A model generated the notes under the pieces. The model was not told the DNA's origin, did no database searches, and saw nothing but the letters and a program-made list of their open reading frames with translations. From Clostridia bacterium (GTDB lineage: Bacteria > Bacillota > Clostridia > Christensenellales > Aristaeellaceae): a stretch of 64,000 nucleotides of DNA. Within the stretch, counting starts at the first letter, position 1; every line of letters starts with the position of its first letter. Both the position numbers and the translations under genes were made by a program. The stretch lies in contig JAKSQH010000001.1 in NCBI GenBank assembly GCA_024404245.1, positions 35,556 through 99,555 on the forward strand, given 5' to 3'. Below are positions 54,501-64,000 of the stretch, in pieces.

Positions 54501-57110
54501 TTATTTGTGTCCGTTCGGAGCGTTCAGCCACGCGTATTCTATAGCAGCCTGATGGTTACTGTCAATAACCTTCGTTCCGGACGTCCTACTGTTGGTGAAG
54601 TGGATACACAGCTGTCCTTCAAAGGCGTTGTCCTTGATCGTGTCGCCATCTTCATTATGCGGTTCACCGTACAGCGAGCAGGCGAAGGTCCTTGTGCCGA
54701 TGGTCACCAGACTCGGCCGGCGCTGCCACAGGTCCTTCTTGGCGATTTCAGCCGCGTCTTTCACGCCGTACATCCTGCACAGGCGGGCGGTATCCGCTTT
54801 GGTCAGCGGCTCGGCGTCCAGGTGGTAGTAGCCGCTCCAGCGGTGTGCCCACCATACAATACCGGTCTTCACGTCATATACCTTATAGTTGGCGCCCTTG
54901 GCCCACAGGGTGCTGATGCCGCCGGTCCACCAGTCAATCTTTTCGGCGGGATACAGCGTCATGGTCAGGTCATCGTAATCGCCTTCTCCGGGCGGCACGG
55001 TACCGAACAGCGCGTGCTGTGTCGAGGAACCGGCGATTCCGTCCACAGTCAGCCCTTTCGCCAGCTGGAACTCAATTACGGCCTTCTCCACCGCGCTGGT
55101 ATACGAGCTGGTGATTTCTCCTGTATAGTAGCCCTGATTCTTAAGTTCAGTTACAAGATTCTTCACTGAATCGCCGGTGCTGCCGAGCTTCAGAGTTACA
55201 TATACGGCTTCCTGTTTGCCGGACTTGGTCGGCACGGGGGTAATAACGGGATCACCCTTCGCGTCACACACAGATACATAATTACCGTGCACCCAGCCAA
55301 GTCCCAGCCGGCTGTGCATCACGTAATACCATGTCACGCCGTTTTTCACAACAGGATCGCTGAGATAGGGCATCACCGTGCCGCGGTCCTCGATCCGGCC
55401 GAGAATCGCGCCCGCTACCTTTTTGCGCAGATTCACGTCGGTCGCGGTTGTCTTCACATAGCCCTTGGGCGTTAACCCGGTTGATGTCGGCGCGGATGTC
55501 GGATCATCCTTGCCTTCGTACTTTTTCGCTTCTTCCGCCGTCAACACGCGGACAACTGTATCCACCACCCAGCAGGAGGTGTTACGGTAGGTCACATTAT
55601 ACCACATGTGATTGCCCACCTTGCGCGCGAGGGTGTACTTCATCACGGTGTTTTTCGTAACGCCGCTGAAGCGGACATCCGCGTCGGAGGAGGCGGCCTT
55701 ACGCAGCCTTACACCGCCCATCGTGGTCGTTACATAGCTAGATGTCAGCGGGGCGTCCGTCGGTGTGGGGATGGGGCCATATGTGGGTGTCGGTGTTTCA
55801 TAGCTGCCTGTCGGTGTGGGAGTGGGCGTCGGCTTATAAGGGTCGATTACTTCCAGCACGTCGTTACGCAGATAGCCTTTTTCGCCGTTGTACTCCACGG
55901 GATACCAGGTATAATGGTTCTTCCTGTAATTGGGATCCTGTACAGGCTTTGAATAGTAGGGCAACGTTACATAGATCGGGATCTGCAGGATTCTGTCGGC
56001 ATTCGAGGCCGCTTTCTTGCGCAGATTGCATCCGGTCATAACCGTTCTTACATAGCCAACGGGCGTACTGGTCGGTATGGGCGTGGGTGTAGGCGTTGCT
56101 GTCACAACGGGAGTTATCTCACCGGTCTCTGTGGCCGTAGGGGCGGATGTGGGAGGAACGGTCGGATCGGGAGTAGTGATATATTGCACACAGTCCGCGC
56201 GCACATAGTACTTTCTGCCGCCCTTCATCACGGGATACCAGCTGTATTTGCCTTTTTTCACAGGATTTCCGCACGCGGGCAGAATGCCGTACTGATCCTC
56301 CCAGTCAAAATCGCTGTTATAAGCGCCGTCGGGCGCGATACGCAGATGGCAGGAGGACAGCAGCAACCGCACATATCCGAAATCAGACGGCTCAACCGTG
56401 GCGGGCGGGGGCGTTGTCACATCGGAAGGCACCGGAGTCGTGGGCTGCGCGGTCACGCCGGATCCGTAGGAGATCACACGGATAAACGGGCTCTGGATAT
56501 AGCCGATATACCCGTTGTACTGAACCTTGTACCAGTGATTATCATCGATTGCCGTGGGAATCGTCAGCAGTTCAACAACCGTATTGCGTTCGAGAGACTC
56601 AAGCCTGGGTTCTTTTGTGCTCGGTCCCTTACGCAGGTTCGTTCCGCCGGAAGTGATAGCACCCGTCGCTCCGTAGCCGGCAACATAGTTATCGCCTGTA
56701 GCGGGCGTCACGGTGCTGCCCGGCAGAACATACCGGCTTCCGCCCGCGGTATAGGCGGCTTCCTCCTCTTTGGTCAGGGGACGGAAGAAATCACTGTGCA
56801 CCCATCCGATATATGTATTGTGGTTCTCGGAATTAGGGTTCAGGGTTTCCACCTTGATCCACTTGAACGCATGGTCCCCGTCTTTGTCAGCTTTCTCCTC
56901 ACCCATCAGTCTCGCGACGAAATCGGCAGGGATAAGGAACCAGTAATCCGAATTTTCACTGGCTTTTTTGCGTACGCGAACGGACGCGGTGGCCTTGCCG
57001 TATGCGGTACTGTCCTCCGCGGCCGCGTTCAGCACGCCGGCGGGAATCAGTGAAAGCAGCATGGCCAGGGCCAGTGTCAGGGATACCAGCCTGTTCAGGA
57101 TATGCTTCAT
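54501..57110 (-). CDS. Cell-wall protein: six SH3b domains, peptidoglycan-binding domain and His/Cys-containing C-terminal domain
   Basis: Repeated N/xLRxxxS...WYxV...GY/W units; LKLGSTGDSV...FQLAKGLTVDGIAG; C-terminal HLDAEPLT, GEPH, GQLCIHF. Confidence 0.85.
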   Translation of the reverse strand: MKHILNRLVSLTLALAMLLSLIPAGVLNAAAEDSTAYGKATASVRVRKKASENSDYWFLIPADFVARLMGEEKADKDGDHAFKWIKVETLNPNSENHNTYIGWVHSDFFRPLTKEEEAAYTAGGSRYVLPGSTVTPATGDNYVAGYGATGAITSGGTNLRKGPSTKEPRLESLERNTVVELLTIPTAIDDNHWYKVQYNGYIGYIQSPFIRVISYGSGVTAQPTTPVPSDVTTPPPATVEPSDFGYVRLLLSSCHLRIAPDGAYNSDFDWEDQYGILPACGNPVKKGKYSWYPVMKGGRKYYVRADCVQYITTPDPTVPPTSAPTATETGEITPVVTATPTPTPIPTSTPVGYVRTVMTGCNLRKKAASNADRILQIPIYVTLPYYSKPVQDPNYRKNHYTWYPVEYNGEKGYLRNDVLEVIDPYKPTPTPTPTGSYETPTPTYGPIPTPTDAPLTSSYVTTTMGGVRLRKAASSDADVRFSGVTKNTVMKYTLARKVGNHMWYNVTYRNTSCWVVDTVVRVLTAEEAKKYEGKDDPTSAPTSTGLTPKGYVKTTATDVNLRKKVAGAILGRIEDRGTVMPYLSDPVVKNGVTWYYVMHSRLGLGWVHGNYVSVCDAKGDPVITPVPTKSGKQEAVYVTLKLGSTGDSVKNLVTELKNQGYYTGEITSSYTSAVEKAVIEFQLAKGLTVDGIAGSSTQHALFGTVPPGEGDYDDLTMTLYPAEKIDWWTGGISTLWAKGANYKVYDVKTGIVWWAHRWSGYYHLDAEPLTKADTARLCRMYGVKDAAEIAKKDLWQRRPSLVTIGTRTFACSLYGEPHNEDGDTIKDNAFEGQLCIHFTNSRTSGTKVIDSNHQAAIEYAWLNAPNGHK

Positions 57111-57169
57111 GACGGGTCACTCCTACACATTTGATTCATGTATCATATGATACATAAAGATACAGTGTC

Positions 57170-57198
57170 ATTCTATTACAGAATTGTTACGATGTCAA
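57170..57198 (-). promoter_or_regulatory. Sigma-A promoter of the SH3 wall-protein gene
   Basis: TTGACA-17 nt-TAGAAT on minus strand. Confidence 0.7.
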
Positions 57199-57354
57199 CA
57201 TAAATTATATCACTTTTTTATTTCAATCTGTCTGTTTTTTGTCATTTATTCAAAAAGGAACGCGTCATGCTTGCATCCGGCCCCGCTTTTCGGTAGAATG
57301 ACGCCGTACCTTTACCGGACCTTATATGATCCGCGGATGACGGAGGCTTATATA

Positions 57355-58506
57355 ATGAAGATTTCCAAAAAAGACGCGTTACTCTGGTTCCGTTTCTTCG
57401 CGCAGCTGGATGAGGATCAGCCGCTGGGCTGCCGTCAGCAGGAACTGGCACTGGCCGTGTTTTCCCAGATAGAGGATGCTGTGGATGCCCGCCGCGAGGC
57501 GCTGATAAATGCCATTCCGGAGCTGAAAGCCATGCCCGGAAACTGCCGTGAGGATTTTGCGGACGCGTCCACACTGTATGTGGGGCCGGCCGACCGTTTT
57601 CCGAAGGGATGCCTGAGCTGTCTTTTCGGCACAGGGCTGTCCGCCGTACGCAAAACAAACAAGTGCAACGCGTGTTGCCCGTTCTGCTATGATTACGGCG
57701 TACTGGACGCGATCCCGCCCGTCGGAGAGGGACTGTGGGAGATCGGCGGTACCAAATACGCGGAACGCGATCTACCGTTGCTTTTCCGGGTACAAAAAAA
57801 GCCGACCGGCATCGCCTATGTATATCTTGAGCCTTTCATGGAAATCGAGGTCTACTATCCCTTGATCCGCCGTTTCCGTGAAGCCGGCATCCATCAGCAT
57901 ATGTATACAAACGGACTGAACGCGACGGAAGAAAATCTGAAGGCGCTGGGCGAAGCCGGGCTGGATGAACTCCGCTTCAACCTCGGCGCGTCAAACTGCG
58001 CTGACAAAGTTATCGCAAGCATGCGTACCGCGAAAAAGTACATCTCTCAGGTCGGTATCGAAACACCGATGACCCGTGAGTTCTACGCTCAGTTCGCGCG
58101 GAAGAAACAGGCCATTCTTGATACCGGTATTGACTTCATCAACTGTGCCGAACTGCACCTGAACGAAAATAACCTGTGCAACTATGCCGGCGAAAATATG
58201 TACTTCACACGCATGGGCTATCTATCCCCCGTTTTCTCCCGTGATCTGACACTCACACTGATGAGGCAGGCCGGTGAGGAGCGGTGGCCTGTTGTTGTGC
58301 ATGACTGTTCAAACCGTACAAAATTCGCGCGGGACCTGAACCTGCGAGCAAAAGAAGGCGGCTGGTTCGGGCAAAGCAGCTACGGCCGCGAGCTGGAATC
58401 CGTACCGTATGAAATTTTCCTGCCCGTACTGGAGGATCCGGACTTCACCTTTGTCGAAGAGGAACCGCTTCCGAAGGGATACCGTCCGGGCGATATCGTA
58501 CTTTGA
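57355..58506 (+). CDS. Radical SAM protein of unknown function
   Basis: CNACCPFC (CxxxCxxC), extra CLSC, HMYTNG, GLDELRF; GGAGG RBS before MKISKK. Confidence 0.88.
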   Translation: MKISKKDALLWFRFFAQLDEDQPLGCRQQELALAVFSQIEDAVDARREALINAIPELKAMPGNCREDFADASTLYVGPADRFPKGCLSCLFGTGLSAVRKTNKCNACCPFCYDYGVLDAIPPVGEGLWEIGGTKYAERDLPLLFRVQKKPTGIAYVYLEPFMEIEVYYPLIRRFREAGIHQHMYTNGLNATEENLKALGEAGLDELRFNLGASNCADKVIASMRTAKKYISQVGIETPMTREFYAQFARKKQAILDTGIDFINCAELHLNENNLCNYAGENMYFTRMGYLSPVFSRDLTLTLMRQAGEERWPVVVHDCSNRTKFARDLNLRAKEGGWFGQSSYGRELESVPYEIFLPVLEDPDFTFVEEEPLPKGYRPGDIVL

Positions 58507-58520
58507 ACACAGTATACGGC

Positions 58521-58551
58521 AAAGGGAGAGAACGCGCGTTCCCTCCCTTTT
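58521..58551. terminator. Bidirectional intrinsic terminator
   Basis: AAAGGGAG...CTCCCTTTT between convergent genes. Confidence 0.7.
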
Positions 58552-58564
58552 GTTATGCGTATTA

Positions 58565-59671
58565 TTAATCTTTCATCTTCGCGAAAATCATCCGCCCGGC
58601 GCTGGTCTGCAGCACGCTGGTCACGGTAATCTCAATATCTTCACCGAGGTGCTTCCGGCCGCCTTCAATCACAATCATCGTACCGTCCTCGGTATAAGCC
58701 ACGCCCTGACCGGCGCCGCGACCCTCCTTCACAACGGACACCCTCATATCCTGTCCCTGCAGCACCGCTGAGCGCATGGCGTTCGCCAGATCGTTGATGT
58801 TCATCACGTTCACGGAATTCACAGCCGCGCTGCGTGCCAGATTATAGTCGCATGTCACCACAGCCCGTCCGGTATCCCGCGCCAGCCGCAGCAGCTTTAC
58901 ATCCACGTCCGTCACTTCCGGATAATTGGTATCCTCAATCACAAGCCGGTTCTGTAATGCTTCTCGCAGCGCGCCCAGCATCTCCGTTCCGCGGCGTCCG
59001 CGCTCCCGCTTCACGGGATCGGATGAATCCGCCACCGTACGCAGCTCATCGGACACAAACCGCGGCACCGTCAGCGTGCCTTCGATAAACCCGGCTTTCA
59101 CAATTGCCAGCACACGTCCGTCGATGATTGCCGAAGTATCCAGCAGTTTACCGGGAGCGGCAGCGCGCGCGGCTGATTTTCCGGATTTGCGGTTTTTCAC
59201 ACCGGAAAGACCGGTCATCATACTGACAACATCACGTGAACGCTTCCTGCCGATCCGGAAACCGATCGTACCGAGAACCAGATAAAGCAACGCGGAAAGC
59301 GCTGTGGTAAACATACCGGTACCCATAAACTGCAGCATTCCGCTCAGCAGTGCAGCCACAATCAGACCCAGAATCAGACCTATGACGGATGGCATCACCT
59401 GGTTGATCGGCATTTTATCAAACCGTTTCTCAATTTCGTTCTGCCGTCCGTTCCACCAGGCCATAACCCGGTCGGAAAAAGCCAGCGCGACAGCGCCGCC
59501 GATTACCGCCAGACCCGCGTCAAACGCGGACACCATCCAGTCCTTCATTTCCACATTCGGGAAAATCGAACTGAAGATCCGCCTGACCACAACCGCCAGC
59601 GCCACACCCGCACCGGCGCCGAGCGCGATCAGCAGGAGCCGGAAAAGCCTCGTCATCCGCTTTGTTTTCAT
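58565..59671 (-). CDS. Membrane PIN/TRAM domain protein (YacL-like)
   Basis: Four TM helices, LLDTSAIIDGR, RGRRG, TCDYNL, QGVAY.EDGTMIV, LQTSAGRMIFA. Confidence 0.93.
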   Translation of the reverse strand: MKTKRMTRLFRLLLIALGAGAGVALAVVVRRIFSSIFPNVEMKDWMVSAFDAGLAVIGGAVALAFSDRVMAWWNGRQNEIEKRFDKMPINQVMPSVIGLILGLIVAALLSGMLQFMGTGMFTTALSALLYLVLGTIGFRIGRKRSRDVVSMMTGLSGVKNRKSGKSAARAAAPGKLLDTSAIIDGRVLAIVKAGFIEGTLTVPRFVSDELRTVADSSDPVKRERGRRGTEMLGALREALQNRLVIEDTNYPEVTDVDVKLLRLARDTGRAVVTCDYNLARSAAVNSVNVMNINDLANAMRSAVLQGQDMRVSVVKEGRGAGQGVAYTEDGTMIVIEGGRKHLGEDIEITVTSVLQTSAGRMIFAKMKD

Positions 59672-59699
59672 ACCAACCCTCATCCTTCCGGTTCTGTTT

Positions 59700-61073
59700 T
59701 CAGAACAGCACACTCAGCGCCTGCATAACCGTATCAACTCCGATGATTCTGACATCTCCGGTCTTCGCGATCCTGCGGGCGTTTTCCTTGGGCACGATCA
59801 CCGTAGTAAAGCCCAGCCTCGCGCATTCCGCGATCCGGCGGTCGCACTGCGGAACAGGCCGCACCTCACCCGCGAGTCCGACCTCGCCCATGACCGCGAT
59901 ATCCGTACCTACGTTCACATCCTTCAGCGAGCTTGCCGCCGCCACACACAGCGCCAGATCCGCCGCCGGCTCGCTCAGTTCCAGCCCGCCGGCAACATTG
60001 ATATACACATCCTGGTCATATACACGCAACCCGGCACGCTTTTCCAGCACCGCCAGCAACAGTGCCACGCGCCCGCCGTCCGCTCCGTTCACCGTACGCC
60101 GCGGTGTACCGTAATATGTATGCGCCGTCAGAGCCTGCACATCGCACAGCAGCGGGCGCGAACCCTCCATCCCGCAGAACACCGCCGACCCGCTCGCGCC
60201 TTTCGCGCGGTGGCTCAGAAGTTCCTCACTCGGATTTTCCACCACCTGCATACCCTGCGTCGTCATTCTGAACACGCCCAGTTCGTTCACCGATCCGAAA
60301 CGGTTCTTCACAGCGCGCAACAGCCGGTAATCCTGCTGACGGTCACCCTCGAAATACAGCACCACATCCACCATGTGTTCCAGCATCCGCGGCCCCGCGA
60401 TGGAGCCTTCCTTGGTCACGTGGCCGACAAGAAAAGTCGCGATGCCGTTTTCCTTGCAGATACGCATAATCAGGCTCGTGCACTCGCGCACCTGGCTCAC
60501 GCTGCCCGGAGCGGATGCCATTTCCGGCCGGTACATCGTCTGCACCGAGTCAATCACCACCGCGTCCGGCCTCAGTTCCAGAATCCGTGTTTCCACCGCG
60601 TCAAGCGCGGTTTCCGCCAGTACATACAGCCCGGGAGCCGCAATTCCCAGCCGGTTCGCCCGCAGCTTGATCTGTCTCGCGGATTCCTCGCCTGAAACAT
60701 ACAGCACGCGTTTTCCGTTGTTACACAGATTGGCGCATACCTGCAGCAACAGGGTGGATTTCCCGATGCCCGGATCACCGCCGATCAGCATCAAGCCGCC
60801 CTCTACGATGCCGCCGCCCAATACACGGTCCAGCTCGCTGATGCCGGTAGGTGTGCGGATTGTCACATCCTCCGGCACATCGTTCAGCAGCATCGGCGAA
60901 GCGCCGCTGCCGGGCCGCTGCCGCGCGTTGATTTTCCCGCCGCTTTTTTCCGTTTCGCCGGTTACCGTTTCCTCCATTGTGTTCCACGCGCCGCAGGAAG
61001 GACAGCGCCCGACCCAACGCGGCGCCTCAAAGCCGCACGTTGTGCACGCGTAGCATACCTTTGTCTTAGCCAT
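59700..61073 (-). CDS. radA: DNA repair protein RadA/Sms
   Basis: C4 zinc finger, GDPGIGKST, KNRFG, Lon-like C-terminus. Confidence 0.98.
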   Translation of the reverse strand: MAKTKVCYACTTCGFEAPRWVGRCPSCGAWNTMEETVTGETEKSGGKINARQRPGSGASPMLLNDVPEDVTIRTPTGISELDRVLGGGIVEGGLMLIGGDPGIGKSTLLLQVCANLCNNGKRVLYVSGEESARQIKLRANRLGIAAPGLYVLAETALDAVETRILELRPDAVVIDSVQTMYRPEMASAPGSVSQVRECTSLIMRICKENGIATFLVGHVTKEGSIAGPRMLEHMVDVVLYFEGDRQQDYRLLRAVKNRFGSVNELGVFRMTTQGMQVVENPSEELLSHRAKGASGSAVFCGMEGSRPLLCDVQALTAHTYYGTPRRTVNGADGGRVALLLAVLEKRAGLRVYDQDVYINVAGGLELSEPAADLALCVAAASSLKDVNVGTDIAVMGEVGLAGEVRPVPQCDRRIAECARLGFTTVIVPKENARRIAKTGDVRIIGVDTVMQALSVLF

Positions 61074-62008
61074 TATGCGTCTTCTCCGTCAAAGCCCAGT
61101 ACATCCGCCGCGACATACAGCGGGCGCTGTCTTGTTTCGTCATAAATGCGCGCGATATATTCGCCGGTCAGGCCGAGGCACACATGCAGCGTTCCAGCGG
61201 TCAGCAGCAGAACCGGCACCAGCCACCACAGTCCCGCGGCCGTCCCGCAGCAGGCTATAATCACGAAAACCAGAGCCAGAATCACAGCCGCGGCCAGATA
61301 TACAACCCCAAGCGCGGTTGCCAGCTTCAGCGGTTTGAATGAAAAGGAGAAGATCCCGTCCGCCGCCAGTTTCAGCATCTTTTTCAGCGGGTAGTGCGTC
61401 TCGCCGGCAAAGCGCTTATCCCGGTCGTACTCCACCGCTTCCTGCCGGAAGCCGGCCCACGCGAACATACCGCGCAAAAACCTCGCGTGTTCGGGCATGG
61501 AGCGGATCACATCCGCCACTTTTCTGTCCACCATACGGAAATCGCCTGTATCGCGCGGAATCATTCCGCCGGTCAGCTGATTGATCACCTTGTAGTAAAT
61601 CTCCGCGGTCAGCTTCTTGAAGGCGGTCTCACCGTCACGTTTGCGGCGCTTACCGTAAATCACCTGCGCGCCTGCCTTCCAGCGTTCCGCCATCACGGGA
61701 ATCAGTTCCGGCGGGTCCTGCAGATCGGCATCGATAATCGTAACCGAATCTCCGGTCGCGTAATCCAGCCCGGCGGAAACAGCAATCTGGTGTCCGCTGT
61801 TATGCGCGAACATAACCGCGCGCACATGCGCCGGGTCCCCGGCATACAATTCCCGCAGGATCTCCGGCGTTCTGTCCTTTGATCCGTCATTCACATATAT
61901 CAGCTCATAATCGCCGTCCATACCGGACATAACGGCAGTCAGGCGTTTATGCGTTTCCGCCAGAACAGCTTCTTCATTGTAGCATGGAATGATTACCGAA
62001 TACGTCAC
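61073..62008 (-). CDS. GtrB/CsbB-like polyprenol-phosphate glycosyltransferase (GT2)
   Basis: IIPCYNEE, VNDGSKD, DADLQDPPE, GDFR, two C-terminal TM helices, GEYIARIY. Confidence 0.92.
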   Translation of the reverse strand: MTYSVIIPCYNEEAVLAETHKRLTAVMSGMDGDYELIYVNDGSKDRTPEILRELYAGDPAHVRAVMFAHNSGHQIAVSAGLDYATGDSVTIIDADLQDPPELIPVMAERWKAGAQVIYGKRRKRDGETAFKKLTAEIYYKVINQLTGGMIPRDTGDFRMVDRKVADVIRSMPEHARFLRGMFAWAGFRQEAVEYDRDKRFAGETHYPLKKMLKLAADGIFSFSFKPLKLATALGVVYLAAAVILALVFVIIACCGTAAGLWWLVPVLLLTAGTLHVCLGLTGEYIARIYDETRQRPLYVAADVLGFDGEDA

Positions 62009-62095
62009 CGTTTGCCGCCTCCGTTCATCATTATGAGGCTATTATATCCATAATTGCCGTCCGAGCGCAACTGTTTCTTAATTGTTACAAATTTA

Positions 62096-62124
62096 TTGAC
62101 TTTTTTGTACATTTCGTATATCAT
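62096..62124 (+). promoter_or_regulatory. Sigma-A promoter of the second SH3 gene
   Basis: TTGACT-17 nt-TATCAT. Confidence 0.55.
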
Positions 62125-62172
62125 TTTCACGGGATAAAATCAAAATACAGACTCCCGGAGGCACTATCCATC

Positions 62173-63336
62173 ATGCGTAAACGTATTCTGGCACTCATCA
62201 TGGCCGTTTTTCTCGCGGCAGGCTTCTCAATAACGGCGTCCGCGATCACTGACCTCAGGTTTTCCGAAACCTGTAAAAGCAAGACCTCGCGTTCCGTAAC
62301 GCTTTATGTATGGGACAAGGAAACACAAACACTGAACCCGACGATCACACTGAATGCCGGTACATACCTCCGCAAACTCGGCGATGATGACGTTACCGCC
62401 GCCAAGAGCGGCATGGCGCATATTCTCTGTTCCCCTTTCGATATTGACGATGACCTTCGCTACGGCTATATCGAATCCTCCGCGATCCGCTCCGCGACAA
62501 GAACAGTCACACTGGAAAGCGGCAAACAGGTATCCGTTCCTGAAGCGCTCACAAAAAGCAAAGAGCGGCTGGATTATTACCTTGAACTGGAATATCACGA
62601 AAAGTCCGCTTCTGATAAGGTAACCGATGAAGACGGTAAAGAGTCCGTAATCGGTGAGGATGACGAAAGCGATAATCCTTCCGGATCCGATCAGCAGGAG
62701 GACGGAGACGCCAGATGGGCCGCGGGTGTGGCAAAGGCGCAGAAGGCTAACGGTTACTCAACCCCTACCGTCTGGACTGATGAAAACGGCGATGAGCACC
62801 CCGTGGATGTCATCGGTCTGGGTATCGCCGTTTCACAGATTCGGGTAGACGGTGAAAAAAAGATTGTTCCCACTTCTGAACTCAGCTGGGAAACAACCGC
62901 ACCGGATGATAAGGTTCTTGCCGTTGTCAAAAATAACAAAGGCGGCTACGCAAAACTGCGCGCCAAAAAGAACAGCAAATCCCTGATCATGGACCGCTGC
63001 GTTTCAACTTCCGTCATGCGCGTTATCGCGACCGGAAAAACCTGGACCAAGGTGGATTACAACGGCCTGCGCGGATTTGTGTACACCTCATCGCTGACCT
63101 TTTTTGACAACGGTCCGAAGGAATACAAAAGCGGCAAAATCAGCTTCCGCGGCCGTACATCCGGATCCAAAAACACGATCAATGTCCGGGCGGGCGCGAA
63201 AAACACATCCCGCATTCTCAAGGATTACCCCGTCGGCACACCGGTCGCGATCTTTGAAACAAGCGGCAAATGGAGCTGTATCGATATTGACAGCTACCAC
63301 TGCTGGGTGCTGACCGAATATCTGACAGAAGACTGA
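62173..63336 (+). CDS. Secreted protein with C-terminal SH3b domains
   Basis: Signal peptide; AKLRAK...WTKVDYNGLRGFV and INVRAG...WSCI...CWV. Confidence 0.8.
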   Translation: MRKRILALIMAVFLAAGFSITASAITDLRFSETCKSKTSRSVTLYVWDKETQTLNPTITLNAGTYLRKLGDDDVTAAKSGMAHILCSPFDIDDDLRYGYIESSAIRSATRTVTLESGKQVSVPEALTKSKERLDYYLELEYHEKSASDKVTDEDGKESVIGEDDESDNPSGSDQQEDGDARWAAGVAKAQKANGYSTPTVWTDENGDEHPVDVIGLGIAVSQIRVDGEKKIVPTSELSWETTAPDDKVLAVVKNNKGGYAKLRAKKNSKSLIMDRCVSTSVMRVIATGKTWTKVDYNGLRGFVYTSSLTFFDNGPKEYKSGKISFRGRTSGSKNTINVRAGAKNTSRILKDYPVGTPVAIFETSGKWSCIDIDSYHCWVLTEYLTED

Positions 63337-63546
63337 ACCTCATACAAAACCTTAACAGAGGACTAACAGCTTTATACGCATGCAAACAGGGAGCGCTTCA
63401 AAACGGTCTGTAAAAATCGTCCGAAGCCTCCCTTTTCACTTTGCCGAATACAGGCAACAAATTAAATACAAGGCTCGTCGCATATTGCAAAAGGATTACG
63501 CGAATTCAGCCTTTTTTCCTTTGTCAGTTTTTTACAACATTTATGC

Positions 63547-63576
63547 TTGACAATAACACAAATTGAATGCTATATT
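63547..63576 (+). promoter_or_regulatory. Sigma-A promoter
   Basis: TTGACA-18 nt-TATATT with TG extension. Confidence 0.55.
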
Positions 63577-63628
63577 ACAAAATGTTTATATCCGTACAAG
63601 GGTAAATATGCTGTTGGAGGCACAGAAA

Positions 63629-64000
63629 ATGGTGACATTGGAAGAACAGATCCTGCGTCACAGTACGGAAACACCGGAAAAAGCGGCTGTGATTACGCTG
63701 TCCGGAACCGTTACTTATAAAGCCCTATGGGATATGGGTTGCAGTGCAGCGGGATATCTCAGGAAAAGTATGACTGACAGTACTTCGATGATCGTGGTCC
63801 GGGCAGAACATACCGCGCAGTATATTGCTCTCGCGATAGGCTGTCATCTGTCGGGCTGCGTATTTGTACCGGTGGAAAATGAACTGACAGACAGTAAACT
63901 TTTGTCAATCTGTGAACAGGTTAATGCCGGACTGGTGATCGGATATGAAGCGCCGGGATTCAACTGCGTGTCCATGGACGCGTTCTGGACCGCAGCGAAA
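63629..64000 (+). CDS. AMP-binding (adenylate-forming) enzyme, 3'-truncated by window edge
   Basis: Not in the ORF track. Manual translation MVTLEEQILRHSTETPEKAAV...VTYKAL...GCVFVPV fits the ANL-family N-terminus; GGAGG RBS; frame open to the window end. Confidence 0.75.
   Translation, partial: MVTLEEQILRHSTETPEKAAVITLSGTVTYKALWDMGCSAAGYLRKSMTDSTSMIVVRAEHTAQYIALAIGCHLSGCVFVPVENELTDSKLLSICEQVNAGLVIGYEAPGFNCVSMDAFWTAAK

Noticed and set aside
59304-60695. 463-aa plus-strand ORF
   Set aside because: Antisense to radA and the PIN/TRAM gene; no domain signal.
63337-63628. AT-rich intergenic region as possible ncRNA or island boundary
   Set aside because: Only a promoter and weak hairpins are visible; no tRNA, att-like repeat or recognisable RNA motif.

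Overview
64-kb chromosomal window from a moderately GC-rich Bacillota (Clostridia-like) bacterium. The taxon is inferred from RNase Y, sigma-A promoters, SH3b wall proteins and a sortase-type motif. Most of it (about 5.4-43.4 kb) is a cell-envelope and surface-glycan region. It holds an ACP/MBOAT/SGNH acylation cassette, rmlACBD, a triple-fusion PEP mutase (phosphonate marker), Wzy/Wzx plus Wzm/Wzt export, glf, a WcaJ-type initiating transferase and three LicD domains. The flanks carry housekeeping and other genes: three Mrp/NuoL-like subunits, rny, asnS, radA, a PIN/TRAM protein and SH3 wall proteins. No rRNA, tRNA, CRISPR array or transposase was recognised. Two candidate undescribed systems stand out. 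(1) An operon at 37.1-43.4 kb pairs LicD transferases and a TarI/AbpA-type cytidylyltransferase plus SDR with L-pentulose epimerase homologues: a UlaE-like enzyme and a degenerate AraD-like domain fused to LicD. This suggests a route to an unusual CDP-pentitol. (2) A trio at 18.1-24.0 kb encodes a secreted caspase/CHAT-like protein with an internal sortase motif followed by a second signal peptide, a nine-Ig-repeat protein, and a small stand-alone copy of the domain preceding the protease module. All calls come from manual motif reading; no searches were run.
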